The notes below the pieces were generated by a model. The model was not told where the DNA came from, made no database searches, and saw nothing but the letters and a program-made list of their open reading frames with translations. DNA of 63,350 bases, filler included, from Babesia bigemina (lineage: Eukaryota): NCBI RefSeq assembly GCF_000981445.1. It is 9 parts of 9 records of this genome, joined end to end, with 100 filler letters (N's around TTAATTAATTAA, not from the genome) between each part and the next. Parts side by side here need not be neighbours in the genome. Positions count along the whole stretch, not along the records: positions 15,202 to 25,766 come from NW_012237042.1; positions 25,867 to 45,938 come from NW_012237043.1; 7 more parts are not named here. One strand, 5' to 3'. Positions 20,801 to 30,900 of this stretch are shown in pieces; position 1 is the stretch's first letter; each line of letters opens with the position of its first letter. Both the position numbers and the translations under genes were made by a program.

Positions 20801-23800
20801 TCAAGCGAGTTTCTCACAGGGAATTTGGGTACACTGAAAAATGATGTCTTCGACCGCAAGCTAAAAAACTTAATGCATGATCTTCGTGAGCTACAACAAA
20901 CAAAGTTGGCTCCCTTGATTGACGAAGCGCAAAGAATCAGAAATTCCCTAAACTCACAATGCAAGCAATGTATTTGGGACATCGAAATGTTTGTGTCTCA
21001 AGAAGTTAACAGAAGTACTAAAGCAATCCAAAATGAAGCCCGAAAGCAGTATAACGCCAAAATCAGCGATGTGTTTGAGAAGTTAAAAGCGATAGTGCAT
21101 TACAAAACTGAGGAGATTAAGATCGTAATTGAAAAAGATAAAAAAACGGGTGTTAAAGGTTTTTTGAGGACGATATATGGAATCAAGGTGACTGTAATAA
21201 CATTTGCGCTTCCAGAATTTCAGACGTCGGCGTCATTGCTTGCACCACTAAAACAAGCATTCACTATTAAAATATTCAAGGACCTGTCATCCAAATTCCA
21301 TGCCTACGTAACAAACATTTTACCGTACATTGAAGACGAAATAAAAATTCCGCCACAGCCTAGGAGTGCGGCAGCCATATTTGCTGACACTGATGAATCC
21401 AAAAATGTAAAAAAAATTAATGAAGATCTTAACAACTTACTTACTAATTTAATTGATGCAAAACAGTCTAAAAACTATAATTACGATCACCAATTCACCT
21501 CCCTCCTCTCCACCCTCTCCTCCTCCCTCACCTCTCTCCACCCCTCCGCCTTCGCCAACCCCCGGCACCCGGAGCTGCTCGATGCGGTCAGAGCGGGGCT
21601 GCAGGGGTTTGTCGAGCAGATGGAGCGGGTGTATGTGAACGGGTATGATGGAGGTTCTGAGAACGTTTTATTGGTATATGCAAACACCGAAAATGTTACA
21701 GAAGAAGGAAAAAATTGCGCCAAAATATTTTTGACGGTATTGGAGACACTGTATAATGATATGCTGAAATTAAAAAAAACGTGTGATGATTCTAATAATA
21801 AGCAAAAGCAGATAAATCTGCAACATGGAAATAATCTTGGAGTATTTTTCAATATGCGAGGCTACAAAGTGAGTGCGGATATAACGAAGCAGGATGGTCA
21901 GCTGAGGAATAAGCCGGAGTGCACGGGAGCGCAAGTCAGTGATTTATGTCACAATGAAATTACAAGCGCGGCGGAGGGAACCAAAGAGTTAATGCAGAAA
22001 TTCAAACTCCTTACAGACAAGGGTGCCGTGAAACTTATCAATTTACTTGCTTGCCTAAACCACCATATGTCGTATAACTATTACAGGGCTTGCCATCTCA
22101 TCAACCGCCCAAATTCTAAACCTCCTACGACAATATATCAAATGCTGCAATGGCTGCCAGGACTGATGTTTAATCCGATGTATGGCAAAGTTACGAGCTA
22201 CCTTAAGGAACTCTTCCCCAAACCTAAAGCAGATGAAGACAAGCCGTATGAAGCTATATCCGATACATCACTTAGCCTGGAAGGAACTTCGAGTCTTACA
22301 GCAAAAATACTGAAAGACAGGCTTGGGACGGTTTGTGTATATTCCCATGATACACTTATGGCCATCCTCGGTCACGGCCATTCCAAAGGCCGATATGCCT
22401 GTGAATTCTATATTAACGCCGATAATTTAAATTATCCTAGTAATCCAGCTGCGTGCTTTGACATGCTTGTGGATATATTGAATAGGGTGTATCACCAATT
22501 TCGATTCTTGTATAGTCAGTGTCAAAACGGACCGGAAGCCGGAGGTTGGGGTGACTGTCATTACGGTCAACACGTCGGTGGATCGTCGTGGACCTGTAAT
22601 GAAAAGCAGTGTGCCATCCAATTATGTCCCCAGCTGGCTGATCAAAAGGCCAAGCAAACGGCTGACCAAAACGATGACCAAAAGTGCAGCCAACACCCTG
22701 TGTGCGGTGTCAAGTCTCCCCTCCAAGCATACCTCGAAGACGGCCTACAAGGTTTCCTCCCTCATCACCTTACTAAGGTGGGATGTGGAGTCAAGTGCTC
22801 AGTAGGCAACCACTTTGGCAAGCCGTGTCTAACTCCCATGGGTTTCGCTGACATCGGAATTGCGGCGTCGCATACGAAAAAAGGTAAGTACATAAAGCAG
22901 GCCCTTTCCGGTTTCTGCGCTTACAAATCACCCCTCACTCAACTGTGCGCTCAGCTAAACTGTCTCCTGCGGCGATCACCGCAGACACTTGGTGAAATGT
23001 TCTCTTTCTACCATAAATTCCTTATGAACTGGAACAATGTGGGTAAGGAGCATAAGAAGCAGGCATTTGAATCGGCAGTAAAAGAAGCCAACTTCGGAAA
23101 CATAGAAACAACGTTGGATGTTGTTTGCATACAGATGAGCAAGAAGCACGACAGTCACAGTACTGGTATACGCAAGCAACCCAAAGGTGAATTATTCAGT
23201 CTTATATCCTGTGAGGATGACACAAAACCAGGCTTACCCTGCGGTCCATACTTACAATCAATCAGCGACGATATAACAACGGTCTTCTCTAAGAAAAACG
23301 CTCGCAACTATTTGTCGTGGGTTGTGTACATGACCGAAACCTTTTATGATCTTCTAGCACAGTTGTATAAACAGTGCTGCAATCAGTGTAATAAGAAGGG
23401 TAGCAGATGCTACGACAAGGGCTGTGACAAAGACTGTCAGGTTCGATTCAGCTATGGATATGAGGTGTCCAATGAGCGAGGTTTACCGCAAGGCTTTGAT
23501 ACTATTAAACACAGAACCTCCTGCAATTCCATAGTTCAGTGCCGCAGTACTCATGCGCTTATATACGCTTGCGGGTTTACGTTCGGCAGCCCATATGCAT
23601 TACGTGGCGTAAATGATAGGAAGTTGAAACGTACATGTGAAGATTTCTGCACAGCCTTGGGCAGAGTAATAAGCGATGTCGAAGCAGAAGACGCGCCACT
23701 CGCTAAATTAATCTACGTCACCATACCTAACTTCCTTTTCCAAATCCGCGCCCCCTTCATCTGGCTCAACGTCGCGCTCTGGCTCCTCTCCCTCTTGTAC

Positions 23801-23947
23801 CTCCTCCACATCATGGTCATCCGCCTCGACCTGCTCCACATCAAATCGCATTTGCATAGTCCCTCATCACATCGCATCGCTGCTCAATCACTACTTGCTG
23901 CTGGACGTGTTAACAAACTTAACAGAGTGTTTTACCTGCAACCATAA
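17825..23947 (+). CDS. ves1: ves1-like variant erythrocyte surface antigen, ~2040 codons, tail class A; no in-frame leader ATG (possible silent cassette)
   Basis: Starts just before ESIDWLIQV (VESA N-terminal E[AS]IDW motif). Has the conserved box, a long helical region, a Cys-rich C-terminal third, TM and tail. The leader ATG at 17791 is in another frame and stops after 20 codons. Confidence 0.9.
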   Translation: MTPFTTLLTESIDWLIQVRYGNGDSDGLTKLSEALKKLIEEAIEKATKSLQAEKSKLECPVKYKGNESTCQFYQKKIDELKKSQELGKNSNGFTSNDFEKQKEKCVASHKSKRSDAQQKAYEDIDSKLSQVNKLKESLKGLTDEKNCEKLLTNLCDGLETFLGFNSASKGYDGSGIVYSDLDRLCDGVMGFLSGVLDAVKDDPSVTTYYTKMDETLQKIKDNMHNPGGLSAAVDAVSTALGEWDGELNKRCTDVKNYFNNLNSDKLTQFNNSLNALNTCEPSDVAARLGDCIEKAKDVSDAFDWAEGAYNQLDKSLKDKLKDPVNNIKVQVKSFVAAAKNEELKTVVETAGRELKTLETQVIAHATHCVTQMRESLDEQMVTLLKNIDTANNKLKQWLAAMGEWINETKTFIAELLQKRADEILYEVNEGAETCKRKQVAQAIQVNELNLEGAVEDLERWKREASEVVKKGLWRCHDILDRTSMDQSQISIKAKELQDKAVELRTAANAAIENIKQHVSQALQAVNDMNEELKGDLGKMKNQLKQALDGYVRGEMAGKIKDALEVETDSIAKRDESTALAGGFLDNIVSGLHNYANEFKDAFQATIQSIVEGTIKSEGMQSGYLNWYVGDNKTSNYFKNTIDGQLKSDKEILGIITQTVQKAISDTMNEHVKNVNIKNQNDAEKILEDISECLTIFTSNINGQEDAILQAVETALNKVDKWVDPAKKTSHNKRYINKVISIILAAVKSAATDAAGEIGSIILDSNIQEMKKAIDAVRKLGEDLKKKFVVSPGVTTANLGDDVTKPIHEKLNQEIGNEDTVGARAFPSSGKLKLEKLGNYILHVKQTSDILDALKKGELQGTEGDPGTLPTKINYIRKEGLKTLESGGDISNILNSGKGIFENSFGTIKKQLGQIITLITEKQDGRKYFDGSQDRKKGVHTLLTELKNGLTEGVESVFTKGFEEIKNNVERLKSGHILDVLEKLNSLCDAVKNSSEFLTGNLGTLKNDVFDRKLKNLMHDLRELQQTKLAPLIDEAQRIRNSLNSQCKQCIWDIEMFVSQEVNRSTKAIQNEARKQYNAKISDVFEKLKAIVHYKTEEIKIVIEKDKKTGVKGFLRTIYGIKVTVITFALPEFQTSASLLAPLKQAFTIKIFKDLSSKFHAYVTNILPYIEDEIKIPPQPRSAAAIFADTDESKNVKKINEDLNNLLTNLIDAKQSKNYNYDHQFTSLLSTLSSSLTSLHPSAFANPRHPELLDAVRAGLQGFVEQMERVYVNGYDGGSENVLLVYANTENVTEEGKNCAKIFLTVLETLYNDMLKLKKTCDDSNNKQKQINLQHGNNLGVFFNMRGYKVSADITKQDGQLRNKPECTGAQVSDLCHNEITSAAEGTKELMQKFKLLTDKGAVKLINLLACLNHHMSYNYYRACHLINRPNSKPPTTIYQMLQWLPGLMFNPMYGKVTSYLKELFPKPKADEDKPYEAISDTSLSLEGTSSLTAKILKDRLGTVCVYSHDTLMAILGHGHSKGRYACEFYINADNLNYPSNPAACFDMLVDILNRVYHQFRFLYSQCQNGPEAGGWGDCHYGQHVGGSSWTCNEKQCAIQLCPQLADQKAKQTADQNDDQKCSQHPVCGVKSPLQAYLEDGLQGFLPHHLTKVGCGVKCSVGNHFGKPCLTPMGFADIGIAASHTKKGKYIKQALSGFCAYKSPLTQLCAQLNCLLRRSPQTLGEMFSFYHKFLMNWNNVGKEHKKQAFESAVKEANFGNIETTLDVVCIQMSKKHDSHSTGIRKQPKGELFSLISCEDDTKPGLPCGPYLQSISDDITTVFSKKNARNYLSWVVYMTETFYDLLAQLYKQCCNQCNKKGSRCYDKGCDKDCQVRFSYGYEVSNERGLPQGFDTIKHRTSCNSIVQCRSTHALIYACGFTFGSPYALRGVNDRKLKRTCEDFCTALGRVISDVEAEDAPLAKLIYVTIPNFLFQIRAPFIWLNVALWLLSLLYLLHIMVIRLDLLHIKSHLHSPSSHRIAAQSLLAAGRVNKLNRVFYLQP

Positions 23948-24069
23948 TCGTACTCACGTGTTCACTATCTACACTCACCTAGCATCACCTACTCACCTAA
24001 CTTATGAATTGTGCTTTAATCTGTTGTATCACTCATTAATCGTTGTATGTGATTGTGTAGTAGTTAACT

Positions 24070-24470
24070 AAAGTGTTGACCAAGATGCTGACCAAAGTGC
24101 TGACCAAAGTGTTGACCAATGCCATGACCAATGCCATGACCAACGTGGTGACCAATGCCATGACCAGAGAAGTGACCAAAGTGCTGACCAAAGTGGTGAC
24201 CAAACAGCTGACCAAAGTGCTGACCAATGTGCTGACCAAGGTGCTGACCAATGCCATGACCAGAGTGCTGACCAAAATGGTGACCTATGTGCTGACCAAT
24301 GCCATGACCAGCGTGCTGACCAATGCCATGACCAACTTGGTGACCAATGCCATGACCAAAGTGTTGACCAAGCACCTGACCTAGCACCTTACCAAAGAGG
24401 TGACCAATGCCATGACCAGAGTGGTGACCAAAGTGCTGACCAATGTGCTGACCAATGCCATGACCAAGTT
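24070..24470 (+). repeat. 12-bp tandem repeat
   Basis: GTGCTGACCAAA and GCCATGACCAAT variants. Confidence 0.95.
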
Positions 24471-24474
24471 AGTG

Positions 24475-24820
24475 TCACGGCAGCGATGGCATGGTCACGG
24501 CAGCGATGTCATGGTTACGGCAGCGATGTCATGGTTACGGCAGCGATGACATGGTCACGGCAGCGATGACATGGTCACGGCAGCGATGTCATGGTCACGG
24601 CAGCGATGACATGGTCACGGCAGCGATGACATGGTTACGGCAGCGATGACATGGTTACGGCAGCGATGACATGGTCACGGCAGCGATGACACGGTCACGG
24701 CAGCGATGACATGATGACGGCAGCGAAGACAGTGGTGACCAAGTTGATGACATGGTTACGGCAGCGATGACATGGTCACGGCAGCGATGTCATGGTCACG
24801 GCAGCGATGACATGGTTACC
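24475..24820 (+). repeat. 20-bp tandem repeat
   Basis: 20-nt periodicity. Confidence 0.95.
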
Positions 24821-24837
24821 AGAGTAGTGATTATAAT

Positions 24838-25766
24838 CCACTCTACACCGCCCCTTTATCCACTCTACATCGCTCCTAACCCACTCTACATCGCCCCTCT
24901 ACCCACTCCACATCGCTCCCTAACCCACTCCACATCGCTCCCTTACCCACTCTACATCGCCCCTTACCCACTCTACATCGCTCCCTTACCCACTACACAT
25001 CGCCCCTCTATTCACTCTACATCGCCCCTTAACCCACTCTCCATCGCTCCCTAACCCACTCTACATCGCCCCTTAACCCACTCTACATCGCCGCTTTACC
25101 CACTTTACATCGCCCCTTAACCCACTCTACATCGCTCCCTAACCCACTCTACATCGCTCCCTTATCCACTCCACATCGCTCCCTAATCCACTCCACATCG
25201 CTCCTTAACCCACTCTCCATCGCTCCCTAACCCACTCTACATCGCCCCTTTATCCACTCTACATCGCCCCTTTATCCACTCTACATCGCCCCTTTATCCA
25301 CTCTACATCGCCCCTTAACCCACTCTACATCGCCGCTTATCCACTCTACATCGCCCCTTAACCCACTCTACATCGCTCCCTAACCCACTCTACATCGCTG
25401 CCTAACCCACTCCACATCGCTCCCTAACCCACTCTACATCGCCCCTTTATCCACTCTACCTCGCTGCCTAACCCACTCCACATCGCTCCCTTATCCACCC
25501 TACATCGCCCCTTTATCCACTCTACATCGCCCCTTAACCCACTCTACATCGCCCCTTTACCCACTCTACATCGCTCGCTAACCCACTCTTCATCGCTCCC
25601 TAACCCACTCCACATCGCCCCTTTATCCACTCCACATCGCCCCTTTATCCACTCTACATCGCCCCTTTACCCACTCTACATCGCCCCTTAACCCACTCTA
25701 CATCGCTCCCTAAACCACTCTACATCGCCCCTTTATCAACTCTACATCGCTCCTTTATCCACTCTA
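24838..25766 (+). repeat. 22-bp minisatellite (runs into gap)
   Basis: Same unit. Confidence 0.97.
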
Positions 25767-25866
25767 NNNNNNNNNNNNNNNNNNNNNNNNNNNNNNNNNN
25801 NNNNNNNNNNTTAATTAATTAANNNNNNNNNNNNNNNNNNNNNNNNNNNNNNNNNNNNNNNNNNNN

Positions 25867-26077
25867 CTCTTCAGATCCGCTCACCTTCATTCTGGCTCAA
25901 CGTAGCCTCTGGCTCCTCTCTTTCCTCTACCTCATCCACATCATGGTCATCCGCCTCGATCTGCTCCACATCAAATCGCATTTGCACTCACCCTCATCGC
26001 ATCGCATAGCAGCTCAATCACTTCTTGCCGCCGCACGTGTTAACAAGCTTAACAGAGTGTTTTACCTGCAACCATAA
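25867..26077 (+). CDS. ves1: ves1-like gene, 3' fragment (class A)
   Basis: Encodes LYLIHIMVIRLDLLHIKSHLHSPSSHRIAAQSLLAAARVNKLNRVFYLQP*. Indels in the first ~45 nt lie at the contig edge. Confidence 0.8.
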
Positions 26078-26199
26078 TCGTACTCACGTGTTTACTACCT
26101 ACACTCACCTAGCATCACCTACTCACCTAACTTATGAATTGTAATATAATGTGCTGGTTTACTCATTAATCGTTGTATGTGATTGTGTAGTAGTTAACT

Positions 26200-26595
26200 A
26201 AAGTGTTGACCAAGATGCTGCCCAAAGTGTTGACCAAGGTGCTGAGCAATGCCATGGCCAAGCACCTGACCAAAGTGTTGACCAAAGTGGTGACCAATGT
26301 GTTGACCAAAGTGGTGACCAAAGTGGTGACCAGAGTGCTGACCAAAGTGTTGACCAATGCCATGACCAATGTGCTGACCAAGGTGCTGACCAAAGAGGTG
26401 ACCAAAGCGCTGACCAAGGTGCTGACCAAGTTGAGGTCACGGCAGCGATGACATGGTCACGGCAGCGATGACATGGTCACAGTAGCGATGATGTGGTTAC
26501 GGCAGCGATGACATGGTCACAGCAGCGATGACATGGACACCGCAGCGATGACATGGTCACGGCAGCGATGACACGGTCACGGCAGCGATGACAGT
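26200..26595 (+). repeat. 12-bp array (26200-26433) followed by 20-bp array (26436-26595)
   Basis: Same units and order as 8550-8948. Confidence 0.95.
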
Positions 26596-26630
26596 GGTGA
26601 CCAAGCAGGTGACCTAAGTGGTGATTATTA

Positions 26631-27900
26631 TCCACTCTACATCGCCCCTTAACCCACTCTACATCGCCCCTTAACCCACTCTACATCGCCCCTTTATCCA
26701 CTCTACATCGCTCCTTTACCCACTCTACATCGCCCCTTTACCCACTCTACATCGCCCCTTAACCCACTCTACATCGCCCCTTAACCCACTCTACATCGCT
26801 CCTTTACCCACTCTACATCGCCCCTTTACCCACTCTACATCGCTCCTTAACCCACTCTACATCGCCCCTTAATCCACTCTACATCGCCCCTTTACCCACT
26901 CTACATCGCCCCTTAACCCACTCTACATCGCCCCTTAACCCACTCTACATCGCCCCTTAACCCACTCTACATCGCCCCTTAATCCACTCTACATCGCCCC
27001 TTTATCCACTCTACATCGCCCCTTAACCCACTCTACATCGCTCCTTTACCCACTCTACATCGCCCCTTAACCCACTCTACATCGCCCCTTTATCCACTCT
27101 ACATCGCTCCCTTATCCACTCTACATCGCTCCCTAACCCACTCTACATCGCTCCCTTAACCCACTCTACATCGCTCCCTAACCCACTCTACATCGCCCCT
27201 TAACCCACTCTACATCGCTCCTTTACCCACTCTACATCGCTCCTTTATCCACTCTACATCGCCCCTTAACCCACTCTACATCGCCCCTTTACCCACTCTA
27301 CATCGCCCCTTTACCCACTCTACATCGCCCCTTAACCCACTCTACATCGCTCCCTTATCCACTCTACATCGCCCCTTTACCCACTCTACATCGCTCCTTA
27401 ACCCACTCTACATCGCCCCTTTACCCACTCTACATCGCCCCCTTATCCACTCTACATCGCCCCTTAACCCACTCTACATCGCCCCTTAACCCACTCTACA
27501 TCGCCCCTTAACCCACTCCACATCGCTCCCTTTATCCACTCTACATCGCTCCCTAACCCACTCTACATCGCCCCTTTACCCACTCTACATCGCTCCTTTA
27601 TCCGCTCTCCATCGCCCCTTTATCCACTCTCCATCGCCCCTTTACCTACTCCACATCGCTTCCTAACCCACTCCACATCGCCCCTTAACCACTTCACATC
27701 GCTCCCTAATCCCCTCCACATCGCCCTTTACCCACTCCACATCGCTCCCTAACCCACTCTACATCGCCCCTTTATCCACTCCACATCGCTCCCTAATCCA
27801 ATCTACATCGCCCCTTTATCCACTCTACATCGCCCCTTGACCCACTCCACATCGCTCCCTAACCCACTCTACATCGCTCCCTAACCCACTCTACATCGCC
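26631..27900 (+). repeat. 22-bp minisatellite
   Basis: Same unit. Confidence 0.97.
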
Positions 27901-27925
27901 CGAATTACCTCGCCATAATACCGCT

Positions 27926-30900
27926 ATGACATCTTTAAACCATCACAATAACTTGTGCCTTGTCACCCTTCACTTCCCTCCTTCCACCGCTTGCCACTGC
28001 CCTGACCATGTGCCGCTCAGGGAGCTTGGCAAGAAATTTGGTAAAATTCTGAACCTCAAAAATACCTCAAATAACAACACTAATAACATCCTTAATAACC
28101 TCTGTTCCGGCCTCGAAAAATTCCTAGGCTTCAACTCTGAGACTAAAGGCTACGACGGCACTGGGATTGTGTACTCTGACTTGGATAGGCTGTGTGACGG
28201 GGTGATGGGATTTTTGTATTATGTGCTTAAGGATGTCAGCGAGAAACAGCCTTACAGTGTGGGTAAATCAATACTAAAAGAGTTTGTTGAGACCGAATTA
28301 AAGCCTAAATTATCCACCGGGCGTGAGGGTTTTAAGGTCATTGAGCAGTTGGCGGGGAAAGTGCGGGAGTATAATGATAAAGTAAAAACATCGAATGACT
28401 ATGTCAAAAACAAAATTAAAGAGATGCATAATCACGTTGACAAGACTTTAACAGATAAGTTAAGATCCATATTACTTAATGATGATTCAGATCTGCGGAA
28501 GGCATTGACACAACAGCAAGTTCAGAAGGTGGAGCAAGCTGTGACGGAAGCCGAGCGATTAGTCAAGGACTACGCTACAAAAGGTACGGATTTCATAAAC
28601 GGTTTTCGTGAAAAGAAAGTGTTCAGTTACCGAAAGGGTACGACGTACGAATATAGAGACGAATTTAAGGACTTGAATCCTGACGTACAACAGAAAATTA
28701 ATAATGCTATACAAAACATTTCATATGAAGCTACACGGCTTGGTGCACTCTCTGCCAAGGAACAGAACCACCTAGAGCAGATGACAGCGACGATCAAAGA
28801 TACGTTTAGTTCGCTTAACAGGTGCGTGAATGATAAAATTGGCACAGACGTTACTGCGCTTGTTAGTAACATTGTGAAGCAAGTTGACGGAATTTTGAAA
28901 TCGCTTCAGGCCATTGATAAGGAGCTGTGGAAGCATGTTAATGAGTTAGGAAAATGGATTAACACTGCGGATGAAATTGTGAGAGATGGCATAAATAGGG
29001 CTAATGGAATTGAAAACAAAGGTGTTGGATCTGTTAATAAGGACAACATTGATAATGTCGTAAAGAACATCAATACCGTGTTCTACGGGGCGAAAGATTT
29101 TGTCAAGCAGAATGTGGAAGAGGCAATTAAGGCAGTGGCAAAAATGGATGAAGAGCTGAAGAAAGATTTGTTTACGGTTAAGACGCAAATCGAAAAATCT
29201 ATCGATTTGATTAATGTGAGCATTGCGGCGTTAGGGGGTAAGTTTAGCGAAATAACCGATCGTAATAAAATTTCCGGGATCATAGGTCATATTGAGAAGC
29301 AGGTTGCTAAGGTTGCGGGGAGCGGCTTAAGAAGCGAAAGCGGTCTTGGAGCCATCAAACATATACTGATTGCGTTCATCTGGAGGTATAAAAGTGAGAA
29401 GTTTGCAGCTAAAATGAACGAGTTGGTTGGTGAAATTATGAGGACGGATCCAGTGAAGGGGCATTTAAAGCAGTATGTTAGCAGTAACAAGGGGCAATGG
29501 AATACATATTTTAAGCCTGATACAACTGCGGATTCAATAACGCTGAAGGTTCAAGAAGAAATAATGAAGGAAATTACGAAGGTGATTACGGAGCCAGAAT
29601 TAACGGGTGACAGCGTTGAGTCGCACTTGAATGTCCTAAATCAGAATATGCTAACATTTTCGCAGAAACTTCAGAATGGCATGTTGAGCAGCATAACGGC
29701 AATTGTCGACGCTGTCAAGAATCATCAAAATTTTAAGGAACCAGGTTCTACTGGACAGCATATTAAACACAATCTCCAGGACGCCGTGACCTCCACGTTC
29801 AGACAACTTGCTGCTGAAGTCAACAAATCTGCTAATATGATGAATGCACTGCTATTGGAGCCCCGGTTTCCAACCAACCAGAAATCCAGCGTAGCAGCCT
29901 ACCTGGACGATGCGCTTGGGGTGGCCTCAACTCTTCACACGAATCTAAAAAATGCGCTCAATGATCGCACCGAAAGTACGAAATCTGCCGACAAAGTCGA
30001 CAAGGCGATCGAGCAAGTCAAGAACACTCTCCGCGAGCAGCTGAGTGAAGATACTGAAAAACCAAGTAGCCATGTCAAGCTTCCAACTTCCGGCGACAAA
30101 TTTCAAAATTACAATGGTTGCGTTGCCCAAGACGATGCTACCCTCTCCGCCCTTGCGTCCGGTAACCTGAATAATATAACTGAGTCATCAGGTACACTTC
30201 CGAATAAGATTAAGGACATTGATACCCATAGCCTTACGTATTTCGAAGAAAAATTAGGTGTCAAAAGGGAAGTAAAAAACCTATCTAACGGTTACCTGAA
30301 AGAGATCACGGATAACCTCACACAGCTCATGGAAGCATTCTCAAAAGCAGGCAGAGCCGTTAACGCCGAGTTTAAGAAACTCCAAACGAATATCGGCCGT
30401 AAAGAACACGGCTCTACAGTTGAGGTTACAAAGGGCTCACTTCAAAAAATTTACGACAATTTGTCGAATGTTCTTCGTGATAATGTTGCACGTGTCATTC
30501 AATCGGCCACCGAATTTGTGAAACTAGAAGCTGACAAACTAAAACAGAATTGCACTAAATCACTCACACAACATGTCAATACCGAATCTCAACAAGCAAT
30601 ACACAAGCTCATCACTCAAGCGAGAAAGCTGTGCATATCGTCAATGAAGTCTTCCCTTGAACAATTTTCGGGGAAGGTCACCGAGGAGCTGAAACCCCTG
30701 CCCACCCTCATCGACACCGACAGGCAGCACGGCTTTAAGGGTTTCATGCGGACGTTGCAAGGTATAATCGGAGAGAATGGTGAGACTTCGGACGAGAATA
30801 TTGAGAGACTCAAGGGTCTCGTAGGTCAGCTGTCGAGAAATGTGAATCATAAGGATGCGTTCATAAAATTGTCTGCAAACTTCAAGGACTTCTGCTCACC

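Noticed and set aside
17825..23947. Bacterial Ebh/SMC-like or other horizontally acquired coiled-coil gene
   Set aside because: Any such similarity would come from the low-specificity helical region. The IDW motif, Cys-rich region, TM and tail identify a ves family gene.
24036..24387. ORFs made of VLTK, LVST or GQHF repeats (also near 8516, 26166, 49831, 55234, 61013)
   Set aside because: By-products of a 12-bp stop-poor repeat, open in several frames on both strands.
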